A stretch of DNA of 64,000 nucleotides from Eledone cirrhosa (taxonomy: Eukaryota): assembly GCA_964016885.1 (NCBI GenBank), contig OZ024741.1, forward strand, positions 18,228,001 through 18,292,000. Reading direction: 5' to 3'. This document shows positions 54,879-64,000 of the stretch, in pieces. The notes under the pieces were generated by a model. The model had not been told where the DNA came from and made no database searches. It saw nothing but the letters and a program-made list of their open reading frames with translations. Both the position numbers and the translations under genes were made by a program. Within the stretch, counting starts at the first letter, position 1, and every line of letters begins with the position of its first letter.

Positions 54879-54880
<2 letters not shown>
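54690..54880. mobile_element. F4 fold-back plus tail with HHR-like core
   Basis: 54703-54752 inverted at 54768-54803; CTGATGA tttc tttt gaat GAAA; tail homologous to 3863 and 44525. Confidence 0.65.
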
Positions 54881-54920
<40 letters not shown>

Positions 54921-54989
54921 CATGGTTGTGATGGTAAGGACGACAAGGATGCTGACCATAGTGAATAATCATAATCTCCACTATGGTGA

Positions 54990-56130
54990 GGATAGTAATG
55001 ATGATGATGGTCATGAAGATGATGATGATGATGACGTTTATGATGAAGTTGGTGATGGTGATGATGGTGATGATGATGGTGATGGTGATGTTAGTGATGG
55101 TGATGGTGATGTTGGTGGTGATGGTGGTGATGGTGATGGTGTGATGATGATGGTGATGGTGGTGGTGATGGTGGTGATGGTGGTAATGATGATGGTGATG
55201 ATGATGGTGGTGGTGATGGTGATGGTGATGATGGTGATGATGATGGTGATGGTGGTGGTGGTGATCGTCATGGTGATGATGATGATCATGGTGGTGATGA
55301 TGATGATGATGTTTATATGATGGTGATAATGATGATGATGAGGGTGATGGTGATGATGATGGTGATAACAGTGATGATGATGATGAAGTTTATGATGATG
55401 GTGATGATGATGATGTTGTTGGTGTTGATGATGATGGTGGTGGTGATGTTGTTGGTGATGATGATGATGATGGTGGTGGTGATGTTGTTGGCGATGATGA
55501 TGATGGTGGTGGTGATATTGTTGGTGATGATGATGATGATGGTGGTGGTGATGTTGTTGGTGATGATGATGATGGTGGTGGTGATGTTGTTGGTGATGAT
55601 GATGATGATGGTGGTGGTGATGTTGTTGGCGATGATGATGATGGTGGTGGTGATATTGTTGGTGATGATGATGATGATGGTGGTGGTGATGTTGTTGGTG
55701 ATGATGATGATGATGATGGTGGTGGTGATGTTGTTGGTGATGATGATGATGGTGGTGGTGATGTTGTTGGTGATGATGATGATGGTGGTGGTGATGTTGT
55801 TGGTGATGATGATGATGATGGTGGTGGTGATGTTGTTGGCGATGATGATGATGGTGGTGGTGATATTGTTGGTGATGATGATGATGATGGTGGTGGTGAT
55901 GTTGTTGGTGATGATGATGATGATGATGGTGGTGGTGATGTTGTTGGTGATGATGATGATGATGGTGGTGGTGATGTTGTTGGTGATGATGATGATGGTG
56001 GTGGTGATGTTGTTGGTGATGATGATGATGGTGGTGGTGGTGATGTTGTTGGTGATGATGATGATGGTGGTGGTGATGTTGTTGGTGATGATGATGATGG
56101 TGGTGGTGATGTTGGTGATGATGATGATAG
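54990..56130. repeat. (GAT/GGT/GTT)n tract with a ~30-36-bp higher-order unit
   Basis: GATGTTGTTGGT(GAT)n(GGT)3 repeated from about 55410. Confidence 0.9.
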
Positions 56131-57629
56131 CGTTAATGATCATCAAGAGAATACAGGGTGTGGTGTTTGTGATAAAAAGACATATCTTGCCAACATGTAT
56201 AATTAAATGTAAGATGTGTTTGTGTTAATATGTATACAAATGTATGTGTGTGTGTGTGTGTGTGTGTGTTTGTGCGTGTTTGTGTATTTGTGTACATATG
56301 CGTGTGTGTATGAATATATATAATTATATATACTTTATGCAAATCCCAATAACGTCCGGGTGACGTGAACAGATTACCCCCCCCCCCCCGCGCTGCATCT
56401 TTGTCCAGTATTTTATTTTATCTTATTTTATCTTATTTTATTTTATAAACATACATGCATTTATATATAGGTGCCCTCCATGTCATCTGTGATTAGTGCA
56501 TGGCTACTACGTAGCTATGCATTTATGCATATTGTGCATACACTTTCAGGCTTATATCGCCACATGAATGGGTTGAGTCCAAGCCTCAAGAATGTTGTCT
56601 CATATAATATTTTATGCGCCATGTGCACAATTGCATGTGTGTGTGGATATGTAGGTATTCATCAAGTATGTGCTTTTTTTGAGATGTATAAGCATGCCAA
56701 TGCGCTGGTACATGTATGTATGTGTGTGCACGCACATATGCATACATGCATGTGTATGCATGTTTGGGTGGATGTATTTGTATGAACATGTCTGTGTAAG
56801 TGTATGCATGTGTATGTGTAGATCTTCCATTTTTTCATCTGTATATATGTGCAGTGTCTTAACTATATACCCTTTCCTGAGTACAGTGTGTGTAGAAATG
56901 TGTATATTTATCAAAAATACCTTTGAAATAACTTTTTTGAAAGGCTATTTCAAGCATTCTTTTAAAAACGTTCTTTTTATGGGGTTTATTTTTTTGAAAT
57001 GTGTGTTTTTTAAGGTATTTTGAGGGTGTGTTTTTCTGAAACGTTCTTCTAAATGTTTTTCCATTTAAAAAAGAATTCATTCTAAGTATTCGCTGCACAC
57101 TCAATATTTACTGTGATTGTCGCATATAATACAGTTGTGTATGTGATCGCTGTGGGCGTGTAAGTGCCCCTATGTATCGCGTCGGCGCGAAACATCGACA
57201 TGGGTGCGGGCAACTACAGGTTGAGAGGGCTGCGACAGGGCGGTTCAATCATACAACCTCTTACTCCGATTTAAGAAACAACTTTGATTGACAGGTGGCA
57301 AATGAAAGGAACCAAATATAGGACACAAAAGATACACACACACGCTCATACACAGACATACACACACATATCCATACATAAATGCACATGTACACACTCA
57401 CACACATATACATACAAACACTCTAAAAGACTCACAGACACGTACGTGTACACACACACACACACACACACAATAATGCACACCTACGGAATTCACCCCA
57501 TCAGTACACACATAACCACACCCATGCCATCCCTGGATTCCTCATCTCGGCCTCCCACTCCCGAATATGCCGGACCACTCACCTACCAACCGTATTAAAA
57601 CTTTTTTCCAATCTCCGATGTTCCGACCT

Positions 57630-57692
<63 letters not shown>

Positions 57693-57824
57693 ATTTCCTA
57701 AAAAAGGACTCACGTCCGAAGCGCCGAACCCTCCTCTACTTTCTCCTAGACAGGTAGATAGAAAAATGAAAAAATAGATAGATAGATAATAAATAGTTAG
57801 ATAGATAAAGAGATAGAGAGAGAC

Positions 57825-57883
<59 letters not shown>

Positions 57884-60076
57884 AAGAAAGTAAGAAAGAA
57901 AGAAAGAGAGAAAGAGTGAGAGAGAAGTGAAGTAAAAAGGAGAGAGAGAGAATGGGAGAGAAAGAAAATAAGAAAGAGATAGATTCGATCCCAGTATTTG
58001 GTTGGTTCGTTTGATACATTATTTTATTGTCATCGAAATGATGAACAATAAAGTTGAACTGGATTTGAACTCAGAGCTCAGGGATCCAGTACAAATACCG
58101 TAAAGCACTATGTGACGTTTTATCGACGTTGCCAATTTACTGTCTATATTTCTAGTACATCCGTGAAATCTCATATCACTGTTAGAATTAATTGCCCAGG
58201 TAGAATTTGTTAATGGGTTTACATGGCGGTGTTTCAACATGGTTTCTTCTTTGTTTTTTCTGTGTTTATAATAGAATATATTGTAAATCTACTTGAAGGT
58301 ATTATAGCTTTCAGGTGTGTAGAATTGGCACTCTTTGCTCTGTGGCGTTTATAGAAAAACAAACAAACAAAAACACACTAGTTTTGATGATCTCACGAGA
58401 ACGACACCACCCAGAAGCCACAATGTATTTTCAAGAAGTGAGTAAAAATAGTTTCTGCCCAATTGTAGCTACTTAAGTAAGGCAATTGTTTACAGAGGTA
58501 AATTTATGTCCCGAGAGGGCAGCGAAAAACCGAAAGCAATTACATTGGAATGAGTGGGAGCAGTTTTAAGCACCGTTACCCCTTCAACAACAAATCTATT
58601 TTCAGTAATAAGTGTACAAGAAAGACGCCACAGAATGATTAAAATACATATAAAAACTATCCTTAGATCGGACCAATGAAACATGGTCTTCCATTGGTCT
58701 TTCCATTGCAGATACACCCTGCCAGTTGCATCTCCGGACAAAACGAGGCTGTATTTGAACTCTGAATACACAGAGCAGGATCAGATACCACTAACCATTC
58801 TGTCCCACTTTGAAATAATTTCGCCAAACCACCAACTTCGGATTGGAACTTCATTCACTGACTTCGAATGATAAGCAAAGTAAACTGTGACAGGATTTGA
58901 ACTGGGAATGTAAACAGAAGGAAGAAATATCGAGAGGAACTTGAAGTTCTGCATGTCAAAGGGTTATTTGTCGTGCGCATCAAGCCCTCTATATACATAA
59001 TATAGACTATCAACTCTAAACAGTGAAAAATAAATATAATGAAGCAGAGTTAAATATTTATATATGTACGGGCTTGTACGTCCTGGTAGAATCTAAGGGA
59101 CATCGTCATCATATGTGGATACTTTACACTTGGTGGAGATCATCTCCTCTCCAGGCTTGACAACAATCAATTTCTTCCAGAGAAGGGAATAAAGTGATAA
59201 AGAAGAAGTGAGAGAAAGGAGGTTATAAAGATATATAGTGAAAGAACTGACCCCAATACTGGACTGGTACTTTTTTATCGATCTCGAAAGGTTGAAAGGC
59301 AAAGCTGAACACCACAGATAGCCGGAACGAATATTGTAAAGCGTTTAATACGATGTGCTAACAACTCCGCAAATTCACCTCCTGGATACATTTAAGGTAC
59401 GTCACTTATTGGTATGAGAATTTGATTCGCAATCGTGAGTTTGCGAGTTCGATTCCCGGGCAGGGCCGGGCGATGCGTTATGTCCTTGAACAAGACACTT
59501 TATTTCACATTTCTCCTTCTGCTGGGAGTTGTGACCGGGAAATAAGATCAGCAATGGAAATTACAATGGAAACATTGTCCGATTTGACAAGCTCCGCTCC
59601 ACTCATGAAGTGAATACATTTAAAACATTTCATTTTTTCAATAGAGAAATGCTCACATGTGTAGAAGCGAGCAAATTTCAGCTTACTTAGTAATTATAAC
59701 AGTGAGATGAAAGTTAATAGTTTTACCAGAAATATACAACACATGTTCATTTGTCAAGTTAACTATTTTAAAACCTCCCCACAAAACCGCCGCTCCTTCT
59801 CTGAAACAAAACTATGCATTTCAGAAGTTTAAAATTTTCCAACGTAATTTTATATAAGAACCATATGTTAAGTTGTTACAAATGTAATATTAACAATGGC
59901 GGTGCCCCAGCATGGCCACATCCGGATGATTGGAAAAGATCAAAGAGTAAAAGAATAATGGATTCTGATTTAGGCACAAGAGTGACCTCAGTACTTGACT
60001 GGTATTTCATTTGATCGACCACAGAAGGATCAAAAAGGAAAGTTTACCGTGATGGAATTTGATTTCAGAGCACTGT

Positions 60077-60405
60077 GAAGGCGCGTGACGTTGTGGTTAG
60101 GGTATTCGGCTCACAATCGTAAGGTCATGAGTTCGATTACCGGCGGCGCGTTGTGTCCTTGAGCAAGTCACTTTATTTCACGTTACTCCAGTCCACTCAG
60201 CTCGCAAACATGAGTTCTACCTGTAATTCAAAAAGTCAGCCATGTCAAATTCTGTGTCACGCTGAATGTCCTTGGCAACTACGGTAAGGATATACATGTT
60301 TGTGGAATGCTCAGCCACTTGCATATTACTTTCACGAGCAGGTTGTTCCGTTGATCATAACAACTGGAACACTCGTCGCCGTAACCGACGGGGTGCCAGT
60401 TACTG
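60077..60405 (+). mobile_element. Second tRNA-derived SINE family, near full length (related piece 59400-59560)
   Basis: GAAGGCGCG..GTGGTTAG, B-box GAGTTCGATT, TTGTGTCCTTGAGCAAG..ACTT core. Confidence 0.75.
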
Positions 60406-60734
60406 TAATAGATACTGTAAATTATTCTATTCGACGCTCTCCGGATTCTGTCAGTCCACCGCCCAAAATGTAATATTAATAATGAAATAATTAATACTTT
60501 TATTAAATATTTCAAAATCCCTCGTTAATTTATTTACAGGCAGTGTATTTCATTACTTGGTAACTTTATCCCTGGTAGGATTTCAGTTTTCGAAAACTTT
60601 TGTTACTTAAATATCATCTAAAGAAGGACCGTCCAGAAATGTCATGTAAGGTACACATTAGAGTGTTGTTTAGTGTTAGTACTATACCAACATACAGAGA
60701 GAATGGGGTAGGAGAGAGAGGGGGAGAGAGAGGG

Positions 60735-60766
<32 letters not shown>

Positions 60767-60860
60767 AAGAGAGAGGAAGAGAGGGCGAGAGATGCAGAGG
60801 CCGGGGAGACCACTAATGATGGGAATACACAAGTTGAAACCTTTTGGCGCCGCGTTCAGG

Positions 60861-60934
<74 letters not shown>

Positions 60935-60942
60935 CACACATA

Positions 60943-60985
<43 letters not shown>

Positions 60986-61007
60986 GTATATATATATATA
61001 TACATAC

Positions 61008-61054
<47 letters not shown>

Positions 61055-61147
61055 CATATATATATGTATATATACATATACATACATATATATACATGTA
61101 TATATATATATATATATATACGTATATATATATACATACATATATAT

Positions 61148-61225
<78 letters not shown>

Positions 61226-61269
61226 ACATATATATATAAATGTGTATATATATATATATATATATATAA

Positions 61270-61309
<40 letters not shown>

Positions 61310-61392
61310 GTATATATATATATATATATATAAATGTATATATATATATATATATATAAATGTATATATATATATATATATATATATAAATG

Positions 61393-61424
<32 letters not shown>

Positions 61425-61630
61425 ATAGGAAACCAGTAAGACCCCGACGGCTGAGCTCAAGCCGTTTCGACAGCTAATTCTGGACTCAGAGTCCAGAATT
61501 AGCCGTCGAAACGGCTTGAGCTCAGCCGTCGGTGTCTTACTGGTTCCTATTACCCACTCTACTACCCTAAATATTGAGTACTTTGGTGCGTTATGGTCCA
61601 CCTGGTTCCTTACCACATTTCCTTCGTTTT
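61425..61630. mobile_element. F2 mini fold-back plus tail
   Basis: Palindrome centred on GGACTC-A-GAGTCC (61488). Confidence 0.85.
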
Positions 61631-61804
61631 ATATATATATATATATATAAGTATATATATATATATATATGTAAAGTTATATTTAAAATTGTTGGGTTAC
61701 AACTAGTAAATATTTATAACTGATATAAAAGCACTCGACAAATACTTGGAGTATATTTACAATATTAAATAAATGGAAAACTATATTTATAAAACCATAT
61801 TTAT

Positions 61805-61864
61805 TTCATTATATATATTTCGGGGATATCATATTAACAATATGCTATGCCTTCATCAGACAAA
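61805..61864 (-). ncRNA. Type I hammerhead ribozyme in the TA-flanked block 61672-61902
   Basis: Minus strand: tttgt CTGATGA agg...cc GAAA T-ATAT-A TA atgaa. Confidence 0.7.
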
Positions 61865-61992
61865 ATACAATATAAACAGTTTTATAGATAAATATATTCG
61901 ACATACATATATATATGTATATATATATATATATATATGTATATGTATATATATATGTATATGTATATATATATGTATATGTATATATATAC

Positions 61993-62050
<58 letters not shown>

Positions 62051-62208
62051 ACATATATATGTGTGTGTGTAAATATAAATATACATATGACAGCAGATGT
62101 AATGTAAGCGTATGGTGGTAAAATAGAGATATATAATATGAAGCAGATATGTGAAGATATACTAGAGAGAAGAAAAGAGTACATTAGAAAGGGGAGACAA
62201 TAACTCCA

Positions 62209-64000
62209 GTGGAGGGTGAACATGGAGTGGCTTGTCACTTGTGTGTGAGTGGAGGGTGAACATGGAGTGGCTTGTCACTTGTGTGTGAGTGGAGGGTGAA
62301 CATGGAGTGGCTTGTCACTTGTGTGTGAGTGGAGGGTGAACATGGAGTGGCTTGTCACTTGTGTGTGGGTGGAGGGTGAACATGGAGTGGCTTGTCATTT
62401 GTGTGTGGGTGGAGGGTGAACATGGAGTGGCTTGTCACTAGTGTGTGAGTGGAGGGTGAACATGGAGTGGCTTGTCACTTGTGTGTGGGTGGAGGGTGAA
62501 CATGGAGTGGCTTGTCACTTGTGTGTGGGTGGAGGGTGAACATGGAGTGGCTTGTCACTTGTGTGTGAGTGGAGGGTGAACATGGAGTGGCTTGTCACTA
62601 GTGTGTGGGTGGAGGGTGAACATGGAGTGGCTTGTCACTTGTGTGTGGGTGGAGGGTGAACATGGAGTGGCTTGTCACTTGTGTGTGAGTGGAGGGTGAA
62701 CATGGAGTGGCTTGTCACTTGTGTGTGGGTGGAGGGTGAACATGGAGTGGCTTGTCACTTGTGTGTGGGTGGAGGGTGAACATGGAGTGGCTTGTCACTT
62801 GTGTGTGGGTGGAGGGTGAACATGGAGTGGCTTGTCACTTGTGTGTGAGTGGAGGGTGAACATGGAGTGGCTTGTCACTAGTGTGTGGGTGGAGGGTGAA
62901 CATGGAGTGGCTTGTCACTTGTGTGTGGGTGGAGGGTGAACATGGAGTGGCTTGTCACTTGTGTGTGGGTGGAGGGTGAACATGGAGTGGCTTGTCACTT
63001 GTGTGTGGGTGGAGGGTGAACATGGAGTGGCTTGTCACTTGTGTGTGGGTGGAGGGTGAACATGAAGTGGCTTGTCACTTGTGTGTGGGTGGAGGGTGAA
63101 CATGGAGTGGCTTGTCACTTGTGTGTGGGTGGAGGGTGAACATGGAGTGGCTTGTCACTTGTGTGTGGGTGGAGGGTGAACATGGAGTGGCTTGTCACTT
63201 GTGTGTGGGTGGAGGGTGAACATGGAGTGGCTTGTCACTTGTGTGTGGGTGGAGGGTGAACATGGAGTGGCTTGTCACTTGTGTGTGGGTGGAGGGTGAA
63301 CATGGAGTGGCTTGTCACTTGTCTGTGAGTGGAGGGTGAACATGGAGTGGCTTGTCACTTGTGTGTGGGTGGAGGGTGAACATGGAGTGGCTTGTCATTT
63401 GTCTGTGAGTGGAGGTGAACATGGAGTGGCTTGTCATTTGTGTATGGGTGGAGGGTGAACATGGAGTGGCTTGTCATTTGTCTGTGAGTGGAGGGTGAAC
63501 ATGGAGTGGCTTGTCACTTGTGTGTGGGTGGAGGGTGAACATGGAGTGGCTTGTCATTTGTCTGTGAGTGGAGGTGAACATGGAGTGGCTTGTCATTTGT
63601 GTATGGGTGGAGGGTGAACATGGAGTGGCTTGTCATTTGTCTGTGAGTGGAGGTGAACATGGAGTGGCTTGTCATTTGTGTGTGGGTGGAGGGTGAACAT
63701 GGAGTGGCTTGTCACTTGTGTGTGAGTGGAGGGTGAACATGGAGTGGCTTGTCACTAGTGTGTGGGTGGAGGGTGAACATGGAGTGGCTTGTCACTTGTG
63801 TGTGGGTGGAGGATGAACATGGAGTGGCTTGTCACTTGTGTGTGGGTGGAGGGTGAACATGGAGTGGCTTGTCACTTGTGTATGAGTGGAGGGTGAACAT
63901 GGAGTGGCTTGTAACTTGTGTATGAGTGGAGGGTGAACATGGAGTGGCTTGTCACTTGTGTGTGAGTGGAGGGTGAACATGGAGTGGCTTGTCACTTGTG
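62209..64000. repeat. 40-bp minisatellite, ~45 copies, runs off the window
   Basis: Unit GTGGAGGGTGAACATGGAGTGGCTTGTCACTTGTGTGTG(A/G). Confidence 0.97.

Noticed and set aside
54838-56228. Poly-M/V/I/T/D/G ORFs (also 24412 and 36273)
   Set aside because: Trinucleotide low-complexity tracts with no domain signal.
62209-64000. CRISPR-like regular repeat
   Set aside because: Units are contiguous with no unique spacers and no cas genes; eukaryotic context.

Overview
Repeat-saturated eukaryotic (animal) DNA with no host protein-coding exon I can recognise. The microsatellite load and the dominant tRNA-SINE suggest a coleoid cephalopod such as Octopus, which is an inference. Conventional content: a near full-length Tx1-type (L1 clade) LINE at about 26840-32165 in a TC/TCTA microsatellite, decayed Tx1-, RTE- and REL-type LINE remnants, many SINE copies, two mariner-like MITEs and a 40-bp minisatellite at the right end. 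The main signal lies in the short unique-looking blocks between (TA)n tracts. Most are 3' ends of many different Penelope-like elements (PLEs), three still attached to RT/GIY-YIG coding sequence. Together they carry about 20-25 type I hammerhead ribozyme (HHR) motifs, found by eye. They share one insertion geometry: two inverted arms, one running to the element 3' end (with a tail) and the other stopping at an internal TA-like site. Additional observations: a TTGAGTRC motif shared by the tails of unrelated families, hammerheads with a U3:A8 core covariation, hammerheads with large branched stem II, inversion junctions that fall on ribozyme stem II, and two tRNA-headed SINE-like elements with the PLE geometry (candidate PLE-mobilised SINEs). 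All structures were paired manually; no folding or database search was run.
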